A stretch of DNA of 37,875 bases from a virus (taxonomy: Duplodnaviria; Caudoviricetes): IMG/VR virus record IMGVR_UViG_3300049049_000264, positions 1 through 37,875 of that record, one strand, 5' to 3'. Made by a program: the position numbers and the translations under genes. The notes under the pieces are model-generated. The model saw nothing but the letters and a program-made list of their open reading frames with translations, did no database searches and had not been told where the DNA came from. Numbering within the stretch: position 1 is the stretch's first letter; each line of letters begins with the position of its first letter. Positions 15,743-25,245 of this stretch are shown one piece after another.

Positions 15743-16511
15743 CCTCAAGCTCGACGGGGTGGAGTCCGTGCGCGAATCGCTGGGCAAGCTGAGCGGCAAG
15801 CAGGCGCGCACCGCCTACGCGGCCGCGCTCAACGACGCGGGGTTTCAGGTTCGGCGCGTCATGCGAAACGAAATCCGTAGCGTGTTCGATCGGCCTACGC
15901 CTTACGTTGCGAACAGCGTGTACGTGCGCAAGGCCACGGCCGAGCGGATGAGCGTCGCGATCGAGCCGACCTACTACGGGGGCAAGGGCATCGACCCGCA
16001 GCAGATCCTGCAGGCGCAGGAGTTCGGCGGCACCCGGCGCGACAAGCGCAGCGAGGTGGCGCTGCGCCGCGCCGGCATCCTGCCCTCGGGCTTCCAGACC
16101 GCGATTCCGCGCATCCCCTACCCGGGTAGCGACGACGGCCGCGGCAACATGCGTGGCTCGTTCATCGTGCGGCTGCTCAGCTACTTCCAGACATTCGGCG
16201 AGCAGGGCTACCGGGCCAACATGACCGCGCGGCGCCGCGCCAACGTGCACCGCGGTACCGCCCGTCAGGCTGGCCGGCGCTACTTTGTGGCCTATGGCCG
16301 ACTGCGCAGTGGCGCCACCGCCCACCTGGCGCCCGGAATTTGGGCGGCCAGCGGGACGCACGGCTCGGACTTGCGCCCTGTGCTGATGTTTGTGCGCGCT
16401 GCCTCATACCGCTCGCGCCTCAGCATGCAGACGGTGGCAGACAGGGCAGGGCTCGACGCTTACCTGCCGCGCCGTCTGCGTTTCCGCATTCGCCAGGCGG
16501 CAGGGGAATGA
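15732..16511 (+). CDS. Basic virion/tail-completion protein, lambda gpZ-like
   Basis: A.AAALND.G..V......I.SVFDRPTP pattern; very Arg-rich; GGAGG RBS. Confidence 0.6.
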   Translation: MRLDLKLDGVESVRESLGKLSGKQARTAYAAALNDAGFQVRRVMRNEIRSVFDRPTPYVANSVYVRKATAERMSVAIEPTYYGGKGIDPQQILQAQEFGGTRRDKRSEVALRRAGILPSGFQTAIPRIPYPGSDDGRGNMRGSFIVRLLSYFQTFGEQGYRANMTARRRANVHRGTARQAGRRYFVAYGRLRSGATAHLAPGIWAASGTHGSDLRPVLMFVRAASYRSRLSMQTVADRAGLDAYLPRRLRFRIRQAAGE

Positions 16512-17113
16512 CGATGGCCGATTCCAACGTCATGACCATCCCCGAGTTCTCGGTCCACCTGGGCTACGGGCGCACCTACGGCTACCAGCTGCAGAAGGAC
16601 GGCCGCCTCGTGCTGGCAGAAGATGGCAAGCGCGTGCTGGTCGCCGAAAGCATCGCGCGCGTTCGCGCCACCGAAGACCCGAGCAAGCAAGGGGTGGCCG
16701 ACCGCCACGCACTGGCACGACGCGAGCGCGCGGCGCCCGCGCCGGTGCAGCCGGGATCGGCCCCGCCGACGATCGACGAAGACCCCGAGGCCGCGGCACC
16801 GGGCGGGGAAGGGCCGGTGCCGCATGGCTTCGACTTCCAGGTGTCGAAGGCCAAGCGGGAACACTTCGCGGCGCTCGAGGCGGAGGCCTCCTACAGGGCG
16901 CGGGTGAAAGAGCTGCTCGAGGCGAGCGAAGTCCGCGCCGTGATCAACGAAGTGATGACCGTGCTGCGCACCTCCATCGAGGGCATCGCGCACCGAGTAG
17001 CGCCCGCGCTCGCGGCCGAAGTGGATGAGGCGGTCGTGCGCTCGACGCTCAGTGCCGAGATTCGACATGCGCTGGAGACGGCGTCCAGCGGTCTCTCGAA
17101 GCTGGGGCGCTAG
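16508..17113 (+). CDS. terS: Terminase small subunit
   Basis: N-terminal wHTH (EFSVHLGYGRTYGYQLQKDGRL), coiled region (KAKREHFAA..LLEA.EV); immediately before terL. Confidence 0.8.
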   Translation: MTMADSNVMTIPEFSVHLGYGRTYGYQLQKDGRLVLAEDGKRVLVAESIARVRATEDPSKQGVADRHALARRERAAPAPVQPGSAPPTIDEDPEAAAPGGEGPVPHGFDFQVSKAKREHFAALEAEASYRARVKELLEASEVRAVINEVMTVLRTSIEGIAHRVAPALAAEVDEAVVRSTLSAEIRHALETASSGLSKLGR

Positions 17114-17117
17114 GCAC

Positions 17118-19076
17118 GTGGAAGCACAGAGCCTCTACCAAACCGCCGCACGCGCGATCCAGCCGCGGCGGCCGAAGACCGTCTCGCAGTGGGCGGACGA
17201 GCATCGCATCCTCAGCAGCAAGGCGAGCTCGTTGCCCGGCCCTTGGGTGACGGCACGCAGCCCGATGCTGCGCGAGCCAATGGACTGCATGAGCGCCAGC
17301 AGCCCGGTGCGCGAGATGGTGGCCGTGCTGCCGATCCAGTTCGGCAAGAGCGAGATCGAGACCAACATCATCGGCTACACGATGTGCGAGGACCCGGGGC
17401 CGATCATGGTCGTGCTGCCGGGTGAGGTCTCGATGAACAAGTTCATCAACCAGAAGCTCAACCCGCTGCTGGAGGAAACGCCCGCGTGCGCGGATGCGCT
17501 GACGTCGACGGCATCTCGCAACTCGAGCAACACGCGTGGATTCAAGGACTTCGCTGGCGGCCAGCTTTACATGGAGCACACCGGCAACGCGAAGCGGCTC
17601 AAGTCGACCAGCGCCAAGATGGTGCTGGTCGATGAATACGATAGCGTCGCGTCGAGCCTGCCGACGGGCGACGACCCTGACGCGCTGCTCGATGGACGCA
17701 ACAGCGCGTTTCCGGCGAACTCGAAGCGGGCATCGGTCGGCACGCCTGAATTCAAGGGGCTCTCACGGCTCGAAGCGAAGTACGAAAAGTCAGACCAGCG
17801 CCTGTATCACGTACCGTGCCCGAACTGCGAGCACATGCACCCGCTGACCTGGGAGGCGTTCCATTGGTCGGTGGGACCGGATGGCCGCGTGACGCGCGCA
17901 TGGTGCACCTGCCCCGAGTGCGGCGCCGACATCGAGGAACACCACAAGGACCGGATGGTGGACCGTGGCGAGTGGGTAGCGCGCTACCCTGAGCGCAGCA
18001 TCCGGGGGTATCGAGCCAATTTCCTGTACTACCGCTTCGCCCTCGGTCCTCGCTGGGCAGAAATGGCTCAGGTGTGGGTCGATGCGCAGGGCGATATCGC
18101 CGCGATCAAGACCTTCGTCAACGACCGACGCGCTGAGGCGTGGGAGGACCCGGCCATGCGCGCGGTTAAGCAGAACGCGATCGCCGAGCGCGCCGAGCCG
18201 TATCGCTTGCGCCACGCGCCTGCCGGTGCGCTGGTCATTACCGCGGGTGTCGACACGCAGGACAACCGCCTCGCCGTGCAGATCGTCGGGTGGGGTCGCG
18301 GCATGGCGTTTTGGGTGATCGACTACATCGAGCTGATGGGAGACCCCGCGGACGATGCCGTGTGGGTCAGCCTCACCGAGCTGCTCAACAAACCCATCGC
18401 GCACAACAGCGGCGCCACGCTCCGCGTCGAGGCAGTGGCGATCGACATGGGCGGCCACCGTACGGAGGCCGTCAAGGACTATGCGCGGCGTCGCTTAGTG
18501 CGTCGGCCTATGGCCATCTACGGCGCGAAGCACAACAACGCGCCGGTGCTGGGCAAGGGCAAGCTTTCCGACGTGGATTGGCGCGGCCGCAGCGACAAGC
18601 GCGGCGTGATGATCTACCAGGTGGGCACAGTGGCGATCAAGCATTGGCTGTTCGGGCGCCTTTCCACGGACTCAGACCGCGAGCCCGAGCAGCGCCTGAC
18701 GCACTTCAGCGACGAGCTCGAGCCGATGTATTTCGCCGGGCTCGTGAGCGAGACCTACGACCCTCGCAAGAACACCTTCGTGAAGCGCCGCGGCGCCCGC
18801 AACGAGCCGCTCGACACATGGGACTACGCCTATGCGGCGGCTCATCACCAGGAGCTGCGCCTGCATCGCTGGACCGGCGCCGACTGGCAGCGCGCGGCCG
18901 AACGCCTGCACGCCCGTGCAACCGACCCCGAGCCGGCGCCTGCAACCCCTGTGCCCTCTTCTACACCCGCCACCCCTGAACCACCCCCGAAAGCCCATGA
19001 ACCTCAACCCGTCACCGCCGACCGAGCCCGAATCGCCGCCCGACCCGCTCCTCTCGGGCTCGGCCGGCGCTGGTGA
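17118..19076 (+). CDS. terL: Terminase large subunit, lambda GpA family
   Basis: TVSQWADEHR, QFGKSE, LVDEYD, CPNC..CPEC, TAGVDTQ, RNEPLD; GTG start. Confidence 0.96.
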   Translation: MEAQSLYQTAARAIQPRRPKTVSQWADEHRILSSKASSLPGPWVTARSPMLREPMDCMSASSPVREMVAVLPIQFGKSEIETNIIGYTMCEDPGPIMVVLPGEVSMNKFINQKLNPLLEETPACADALTSTASRNSSNTRGFKDFAGGQLYMEHTGNAKRLKSTSAKMVLVDEYDSVASSLPTGDDPDALLDGRNSAFPANSKRASVGTPEFKGLSRLEAKYEKSDQRLYHVPCPNCEHMHPLTWEAFHWSVGPDGRVTRAWCTCPECGADIEEHHKDRMVDRGEWVARYPERSIRGYRANFLYYRFALGPRWAEMAQVWVDAQGDIAAIKTFVNDRRAEAWEDPAMRAVKQNAIAERAEPYRLRHAPAGALVITAGVDTQDNRLAVQIVGWGRGMAFWVIDYIELMGDPADDAVWVSLTELLNKPIAHNSGATLRVEAVAIDMGGHRTEAVKDYARRRLVRRPMAIYGAKHNNAPVLGKGKLSDVDWRGRSDKRGVMIYQVGTVAIKHWLFGRLSTDSDREPEQRLTHFSDELEPMYFAGLVSETYDPRKNTFVKRRGARNEPLDTWDYAYAAAHHQELRLHRWTGADWQRAAERLHARATDPEPAPATPVPSSTPATPEPPPKAHEPQPVTADRARIAARPAPLGLGRRW

Positions 19077-19395
19077 GGGCGCCGCGGCGGCGCCAGCGCC
19101 GGCCGGTCCACCGCACGCCGAGGTGGACTTCGTTGACCACGTCTTCACCTACTTGCTGCGCGAGTTTCCGCACCTGGCCGGACCGCAGTTCGCGAAGGCG
19201 AAACGCGCAGTACGCGAACACCTGGGGGGCGATCGGGTCTATATCTCCCGCCGCTCAAGCGAGGCGCTCGCGCACCAGGTGCTGTCGCTGTTCAACGGCC
19301 GCAATGCGACGGAGGTGGCCAGGAGCCTGAATATCAGCCGGGCCACCGTGTATCGGGTCCTCAAGCAGTCCGCCCCTCGTGACGGTTCCCCGTGA
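18997..19395 (+). CDS. Mor/C-like transcription activator (C-terminal HTH)
   Basis: VREHLGGDRVYI..LFNGRNATEVARSLNISRATVYRVLK matches the Mu Mor family layout; start uncertain. Confidence 0.8.
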   Translation: MNLNPSPPTEPESPPDPLLSGSAGAGEGAAAAPAPAGPPHAEVDFVDHVFTYLLREFPHLAGPQFAKAKRAVREHLGGDRVYISRRSSEALAHQVLSLFNGRNATEVARSLNISRATVYRVLKQSAPRDGSP

Positions 19396-19396
19396 A

Positions 19397-19445
19397 ACCG
19401 TCTCATTTTTTGCCTTAACTTGAGACAGCCGCACCGGTAGCGTTG
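19397..19445 (+). promoter_or_regulatory. Candidate activator-dependent late promoter 1
   Basis: GTCTCA-N15-TGAGAC dyad (19400-19426) then TAGCGT -10; near-identical copy at 21237. Confidence 0.65.
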
Positions 19446-19477
19446 GCAGCCTACCGCCAATGCAGCCAGGAGCACCT

Positions 19478-19690
19478 ATGGCCATCACCACCGACGAACT
19501 CAAGCAGATGGAGTCCGTCTATTACAGCGGCCAGAAGTCCGTCAGCTTCAACGGTCGCACCGTCGTCTACCAGGACATGAAGCAACTGTGGGACGCGATC
19601 CTTGTCGCCCGCCAGGAGCTGGCTGCAGGAACGCCGAACGCGGCGGGCGGACAGCGTCGCTTCACCTTCACGACCATGCGGGGCTTCTGA
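19478..19690 (+). CDS. Head-tail joining protein, gpW-like
   Basis: SGQKSVSFNGRTVVY; 70 aa between terL and portal; AGGAG RBS. Confidence 0.85.
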   Translation: MAITTDELKQMESVYYSGQKSVSFNGRTVVYQDMKQLWDAILVARQELAAGTPNAAGGQRRFTFTTMRGF

Positions 19691-19692
19691 CC

Positions 19693-21231
19693 ATGGCACG
19701 CCGCAACATCATTGATCGCATCGTCGGCTACTTCAGTCCGGGCAATGGCTTGCGCCGGCAGGTCCAGCGGCAGATGCTGACGCGTGCCTACGAAGGCGCG
19801 AGCCGCGCCGATGGGTGGGTCCCGCAGCGGGCGGGCGCATCGGCGAACGCCGACCATGCGCGCGATGGCCGCGAGCTTCGGATCCGCTCGCGAGCATTGG
19901 TCCAGAACGTGCCGTACATCGCCCAGGGTCTCCGGTCGCTGGTCGCTAACGTCGTGGGTGTCGGCATCACGCCGACCTGGGCAGACGCTCGCACAGCCGA
20001 CAAGCTGAATTCGGCTTGGGCCAAGTGGGTGAAGGAATGCGACGCAGACGGCCGCACGAACTACTACGGCATGCAGGCCGCGGCATACCGGGCGATGCAA
20101 CAGGACGGCGAAGTCATCGTGCGGCTGCGCCCGCGACTCAAGAGCGATGGCTTGACCGTGCCGCTGCAGTTGCAGCTGCTGGAGATCGACTTCCTGGACT
20201 CGGACAAGTGCACCGAACTGCCGACCGGTGGCCGCATCGTGAACGGCATCGAATACGACCCGCGCGGCCGGGTCGCGGCGTACTGGCTGTTCGACCAGCA
20301 TCCCGGCGACGTGGTTCGCCTCGCGCGCGCCGGCTACATCAGCCGCCGCATCGATGCGCAGTACATCATTCACCTGTTCACGCCGGATAGGGCGGGGCAG
20401 GGCCGCGGCTTCCCGCGCATCGCGCCGGTCATCGCCCGGGTGCGCGACCTGCAGCTCTACGAGGACGCCGAGCTCAACCGCAAGAACCTTGAAGCGCGCA
20501 TCAGCGTGCTCGGCTCGGGAAGCATCGAGCTGCTCGCCAACCATGGCGACATGACACTGCCGGGCGGCGAACAGGCCGCATTGCCGCGCACGGGCGAATC
20601 CCTCGGCACTCTCGGCAGCGCTGGCATCATGAACATGCCGATCGGCACCAACTTCACTGTGGTGCAGCCGCAGGCAATGCCGGGCTACGTCGAGTACGTC
20701 AAGCACCAGCTGCACCTCATCGCCGCCGGCTTTGGGGTGACCTACGAAATGATGACCGGCGACGTGTCCGAGGTGAACTTCAGCAGCGCGCGCGTGCGCA
20801 TGCTGGACTTCCGCCGAGAAGCCGAAGTCGAGCAATGGAGCCTGCTCGCCCCGAACCTGTGTGATCGCGTGTGCCGTGCGTTTGAGGATGCCGCGGCCCT
20901 CGCAGACATCGTGCAGAAGGCCACGTATCTGTTCTATCACTCCACACCGAAGTGGTCGTACGTCGATCCCTCGAAGGACGTGAACGCCGACTTGGCCGAG
21001 ATCTCTGGCGGGCTGTCGAGCATCAGCGAGAAGCTTCGCCAGCGCGGATACAACCCCGATGACGTGTACAGGGAACTCGCCAGCGACATCGAGAAACTGC
21101 GCGACCTCGGCGTGCTCGATGTCCTGGGCGGATGGCGCGCCGTCGCACCAGCCGCCGCGGCGCCTCCGCCAGAGGAAGCGCCCACGGAAAAGTCCGCGCG
21201 CGAGAAGAAGGCGGCGAAGGCGACCGCCTGA
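19693..21231 (+). CDS. Portal protein, lambda family
   Basis: AYEGA..LRIRSRALVQN..DGEV..LQLQLLEIDFL..GIEYD..GQGRG..GDVSEVNFSSAR..VDPSKD. Confidence 0.96.
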   Translation: MARRNIIDRIVGYFSPGNGLRRQVQRQMLTRAYEGASRADGWVPQRAGASANADHARDGRELRIRSRALVQNVPYIAQGLRSLVANVVGVGITPTWADARTADKLNSAWAKWVKECDADGRTNYYGMQAAAYRAMQQDGEVIVRLRPRLKSDGLTVPLQLQLLEIDFLDSDKCTELPTGGRIVNGIEYDPRGRVAAYWLFDQHPGDVVRLARAGYISRRIDAQYIIHLFTPDRAGQGRGFPRIAPVIARVRDLQLYEDAELNRKNLEARISVLGSGSIELLANHGDMTLPGGEQAALPRTGESLGTLGSAGIMNMPIGTNFTVVQPQAMPGYVEYVKHQLHLIAAGFGVTYEMMTGDVSEVNFSSARVRMLDFRREAEVEQWSLLAPNLCDRVCRAFEDAAALADIVQKATYLFYHSTPKWSYVDPSKDVNADLAEISGGLSSISEKLRQRGYNPDDVYRELASDIEKLRDLGVLDVLGGWRAVAPAAAAPPPEEAPTEKSAREKKAAKATA

Positions 21232-21282
21232 AAATCGTCTCACTTTTTGCCTTAATTTGAGACAGCTGCATTGGCACATTGG
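21232..21282 (+). promoter_or_regulatory. Candidate activator-dependent late promoter 2
   Basis: GTCTCA-N15-TGAGAC dyad (21237-21263), TGG-CACATT at the same offset as the -10 of copy 1. Confidence 0.65.
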
Positions 21283-21288
21283 GTGCCT

Positions 21289-23322
21289 ATGCCGCAACTC
21301 CACACACGCAAGGCCAGCAACAAGGACGTGCCCACCCAGGTCCGCGCCGCCGCGCTGGTGCCGTCCACGTTCAACGAGGCGGAGAACACCGTAGACGTGG
21401 TGTTTTCGGCCGGCGCGCGGGTTGCGCGCCGCGACTGGTCTACCGGCCAGCGCTACGAGGAACAGCTGGAGGTGAGCGCTGCCGCCATCGACCTCACGCG
21501 CGTTGAGGCCGGTGTGGTGCAGGTGCTCGACAACCACGACATGTACAGCGGGGTGCGAAGCGTGCTCGGCGTCGTCGTGCGCGCGTGGGTCGAGGGCGAC
21601 GAGGCGCGTGCCACGCTGCGCCTGTCGTCGGACCCGGCCAAGGCCGGCACCGTCGCCGACATCAAGGCCGGAGTGCTGCGCGCCATCAGCGTTGGCTATT
21701 CCGTGCAGCGCTACCTCGTGGACGACGAGCCAGAAGACGGCGCCATGCCGCTGTGGACCGCCACGCGTTGGATGCCACAAGAGCTTTCTTTCGTGAGCGT
21801 GCCGGCTGATCCCGGCGCGTCGACACGGTCCGCCGGCGAGCCCGGCGCGCCGCGCACCGAACCCTGCGAATTCATCACCCGCGGCAAGGCCGCATCCATC
21901 TCGAAGGACACTTCTATGCCCCCCGAAGACAACCAAGGCGCGGGTCAACCGGCTGGCGCTGCAACGCAAACCGCTGCTGCCCCTGCTGCCGCGCCGGCCG
22001 TCGCTGCCGCGCCTGCTGCGGCCCGTGGCGCCGACGACCTGACGCAGCGCGCCGCTGACATCAGTGACCTGTGCACGCGTCATGCCGTGCCGCACATGGC
22101 CGCGCAGCTCATCCGTGCCGGCGCCGATCTGCCAGCCGCCAAGGACGCGATCCTGAATGCCATCGCCGTTCGCGATGCCGCATCGGGTGGCCAGCAGAAC
22201 GCACGCATCGTCACCGTCAACGACGAGACCGAGACGCGCATCCGCGGGATGGAAGACGCGCTGTTCTCGCGCCTCGACCCGGCCTTCAAGTTGACCGACA
22301 ACGGTCGGCAGTTCCGCCACCTGACGCTTGTGGAGATGGGTCGCGAGCATCTGGAACGCAGCGGCGTGAGCACGCGCGGCATGGACAAGATGAACATCGC
22401 GCGCCAGATGCTGCAGGTTCGTGCCGCTGGCATGCACTCCACCAGTGACTTCGGCGCGCTGTTCACCAACGTCGCTTCGCGTCGCCTCAGCGCCGTCTAC
22501 AGCGCGTTCCCCGCGACCTATACCGTCTGGGCCCGCCGAGGCCCGAACCTCTCGGACTTCAAGCCCGTGCAGGTGGTGAGCATGGGCGCCGGTCCCGAAC
22601 TCCTGAAGGTGAATGAACACGGCGAGTTCAAGTACGGCACGTTCGGCGACGGGAGCGAGACCTACCAGCTCGCAACCTACGGCCGTATCGTCGCGATGAC
22701 CCGCCAGGCGATCATCAACGACGACCTGCGCGGCTTCGACCGCTTGATCGGCATGTTCGGCTCCAGTGCCAAACGCCTGGAAAACACGCTGGTCTATGCG
22801 CAGCTGGCGGGCAACCCGCTGATGTCGGACGGCAAGGCCTTGTTCCACGCGGACCACAACAACCTGCTGACCGGCGCCGGCTCCGCCCTGTCGCTCGACG
22901 GGCTGACCGCGGGCCGCGCCAAGATGCGGAAGCAAACGGGCCAGGCCGGCGAGTCGCTGAATCTCGCCCCGAAGTACCTAATTGTGCCGTCGGCGCTCGA
23001 GACGCTGGCGTACCAGCTCACCAGCAACGCCTACGTGCCGACTTCCCAGGCCGGCATCAACGAGTTCGCCGCCGGCGGACGCAGCGCGCTCACCGTGGTG
23101 GTCGATCCCGAACTGGACAAGACCAGCGCCACGGCCTGGTACCTCGCCGCCGAGAACGCGGTCGTCGACACCGTCGAGTTCGCCTATCTGGACGGCGCCG
23201 ACGGCCCGGTCACCGAGACGCGCGAAGGTTTCGAGGTTGACGGCACCGAGATCAAGGCCCGCCTCGACTTCGCGGCCAAGGCGCTCGAGTACCGCGGCCT
23301 GGTCAAGGCGAACGGCGCCTGA
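21289..23322 (+). CDS. Prohead protease-scaffold-major capsid fusion protein
   Basis: VLDNH, ISVGY, ELSFVSVPADPGA (herpes/HK97-fold protease); Ala-rich linker; capsid part HSTSDF..SDFK..GEFKYG..YGR..TRQAIINDD. Confidence 0.92.
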   Translation: MPQLHTRKASNKDVPTQVRAAALVPSTFNEAENTVDVVFSAGARVARRDWSTGQRYEEQLEVSAAAIDLTRVEAGVVQVLDNHDMYSGVRSVLGVVVRAWVEGDEARATLRLSSDPAKAGTVADIKAGVLRAISVGYSVQRYLVDDEPEDGAMPLWTATRWMPQELSFVSVPADPGASTRSAGEPGAPRTEPCEFITRGKAASISKDTSMPPEDNQGAGQPAGAATQTAAAPAAAPAVAAAPAAARGADDLTQRAADISDLCTRHAVPHMAAQLIRAGADLPAAKDAILNAIAVRDAASGGQQNARIVTVNDETETRIRGMEDALFSRLDPAFKLTDNGRQFRHLTLVEMGREHLERSGVSTRGMDKMNIARQMLQVRAAGMHSTSDFGALFTNVASRRLSAVYSAFPATYTVWARRGPNLSDFKPVQVVSMGAGPELLKVNEHGEFKYGTFGDGSETYQLATYGRIVAMTRQAIINDDLRGFDRLIGMFGSSAKRLENTLVYAQLAGNPLMSDGKALFHADHNNLLTGAGSALSLDGLTAGRAKMRKQTGQAGESLNLAPKYLIVPSALETLAYQLTSNAYVPTSQAGINEFAAGGRSALTVVVDPELDKTSATAWYLAAENAVVDTVEFAYLDGADGPVTETREGFEVDGTEIKARLDFAAKALEYRGLVKANGA

Positions 23323-23356
23323 TTCCCACCACCACCCGCAATAGGAAACCTGAACC

Positions 23357-23689
23357 ATGAAGAACTACGTTCAACCGGGTGACATGATCACCTTCATCGC
23401 CGCGGCCGCCATCGCGTCCGGCGCCGGCGTGCTGGTCGGCTCGCTGTTCGGCGTCTCCTCGGGCAGCTACGCCTCGGGCGCCCAGGGCGAAATGAAGACC
23501 ACAGGCGTCTTCGATCTGACCGCGGCCACGGCTGCCACGGGCGCCGTGGGCGCAAAGGCCTACTGGGACGACACGGCGAAGAACGTGACGGGCAGCGCGA
23601 CCAACAATTCGCTGATCGGCGTGTTCGTCAATGCGAAGGCCAACGGCGAGACCGTTGCCCGCATCCGCCTGAACGGCGTCAGCGTCTAA
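23357..23689 (+). CDS. DUF2190 capsid decoration/cement protein
   Basis: MKNYVQPGD..GVFDL..GAKAYWD..IGV..V.RIRLNG. Confidence 0.88.
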   Translation: MKNYVQPGDMITFIAAAAIASGAGVLVGSLFGVSSGSYASGAQGEMKTTGVFDLTAATAATGAVGAKAYWDDTAKNVTGSATNNSLIGVFVNAKANGETVARIRLNGVSV

Positions 23690-23705
23690 GCGCAGGCACC
23701 CGCCG

Positions 23706-24002
23706 ATGCCCGCACCTTTTGCCGCCACCGAAGCCCGCGCCAATGCGGCGGTGCTTAGCCGCCTCTGCAATGCAGTGGCGGTGGTGGGCGGCGTGGATGT
23801 GCCGGTGATCTTCGAGAAGCCCTATGCGGGACCGTTTGGCGGTGAGGCCGACGCGGCCGCGCCGGAGTGCACCGGTCCTGTGGACGGCCTTGGCGCGCTT
23901 GAGCGCGGCGACTCGTTGAGCATCGGCGGTGTCGCCTACGAGGTGATCACCGCCGAGCCTGACGGCTCGGGCTTCATCCGCATCGTGCTCGGGACGGCCT
24001 GA
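23706..24002 (+). CDS. Head-tail adaptor/closure protein (gpFII-like)
   Basis: GDSLSIGGVAYEV...EPDGSG motif; synteny. Confidence 0.75.
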   Translation: MPAPFAATEARANAAVLSRLCNAVAVVGGVDVPVIFEKPYAGPFGGEADAAAPECTGPVDGLGALERGDSLSIGGVAYEVITAEPDGSGFIRIVLGTA

Positions 24003-24004
24003 CC

Positions 24005-24418
24005 ATGTTGGCACTGGAACCCGTCGTCGTCGAGCAACTGCGCAGCGGCCTGGCCAGCGCGTGGAAGGTCATGGGCCTTGCGAGCGATGCCGGGCGTCGC
24101 GACGGATGGCCGTTGGCCTCAGTCTCGTTCGTCGACGGCAACGTGGCGGACAGCAAGGCGGGTGCCGCCGCGGTCCAGTCCGCTTGGCGCGTGACGCTGA
24201 TCGCCAAGCGCGGAGACCAGGCCGTGGCGTTGATCGACGCAGCCTTCGCGGCCGCCATGGCGTCGCTGCACAACTGGTCGCCGGCGGGCGAGGTTGGAGG
24301 GCGGCGCTGGGAGCGACTGCGCCTGCTGCAGGTGATGCCACCTCAGTACCCCGAAGACGGCCTAGTCGGCATCGACCTCACTTTCACCACTCAGGCCCGC
24401 TACGACGGGCACGAGTGA
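24005..24418 (+). CDS. Tail terminator-like protein
   Basis: W.VTLI..LHNWSP..F.T pattern; position before the tail tube gene. Confidence 0.65.
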   Translation: MLALEPVVVEQLRSGLASAWKVMGLASDAGRRDGWPLASVSFVDGNVADSKAGAAAVQSAWRVTLIAKRGDQAVALIDAAFAAAMASLHNWSPAGEVGGRRWERLRLLQVMPPQYPEDGLVGIDLTFTTQARYDGHE

Positions 24419-24443
24419 ACCTCGATTTTTCTGGAGCTTCATC

Positions 24444-25235
24444 ATGGGCATGGTCTACGCAAAAAATGAATACGCCATTCCGCGCGGTCGCGTGTTCTTC
24501 GATCCGTTTGACGCCAACGGCAACCTGACCGGCGAGATCGCCATGGGCAACTGTCCCGGCGTCACCCTCACCATCGAAACCACCAAGGCCGAGCACTTCA
24601 GTTCGGAAAAGGGTCTGCGCGAGAAGGACGAATCGCTCATCGTCGAGGTGAACCGCACCGGCAACGTCAACTGCGACAACTTCAGCGCGGCGAACTTCGC
24701 TCTGTGGCTGTCGGGCACGCGAGCCACGGTGAACCAAGTCACCACGCCCGTGACGGGCGAGGCGCGTGCGGTGACACCTGGCCGCTTCTACCAACTGGGC
24801 GCCACCGCGGCCAACCCGCTCGGCGTACGCAAGGTGTCGGCTGTGACGGTGAAGAGCACCGACGGCGCCACTACCTACGACGTGGGCGATGACTACAACG
24901 TCGATCTCGACACCGGCCGCGTGCAGATCGTGGTGGGTGGCGCCATCGCCGCGGGCAATGTCCATTTCGGCTACACGCCGGTCGCAGGCAGCTACGAGAC
25001 GGTGCGCTCGGGCGCCACCGCCGAGACGCAGGGCGCACTGCGCATCGTGGCGGACAACGCCTCCGGCGCCAACCGCGACTTCTTCATGCCGAAGGTCACG
25101 CTGACCCCGACGGGCGACCTGCCCATCATCGCCGAGGGCACCGAGTTCGTGCAGATGCAGTTCGGCCTCGAGGTGCTCAAGTCCGCCAACGCGGAGGCGA
25201 TCTACGCCGACGGCCGCCCGGTCGCTGTCGTCTAA
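24444..25235 (+). CDS. Major tail tube protein
   Basis: GRVFF..MGNCPG.TL..EHFSS..GL...D..PKVTLTP.GD; GGAG RBS; synteny. Confidence 0.82.
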   Translation: MGMVYAKNEYAIPRGRVFFDPFDANGNLTGEIAMGNCPGVTLTIETTKAEHFSSEKGLREKDESLIVEVNRTGNVNCDNFSAANFALWLSGTRATVNQVTTPVTGEARAVTPGRFYQLGATAANPLGVRKVSAVTVKSTDGATTYDVGDDYNVDLDTGRVQIVVGGAIAAGNVHFGYTPVAGSYETVRSGATAETQGALRIVADNASGANRDFFMPKVTLTPTGDLPIIAEGTEFVQMQFGLEVLKSANAEAIYADGRPVAVV

Positions 25236-25245
25236 GTCCATGCGC

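Noticed and set aside
19567-22935. 1122-aa minus-strand ORF (also 25177-27546, 3707-5521 and 6379-7962)
   Set aside because: Shadow ORFs antisense to well-supported genes; expected from GC-rich codon bias and without recognisable motifs
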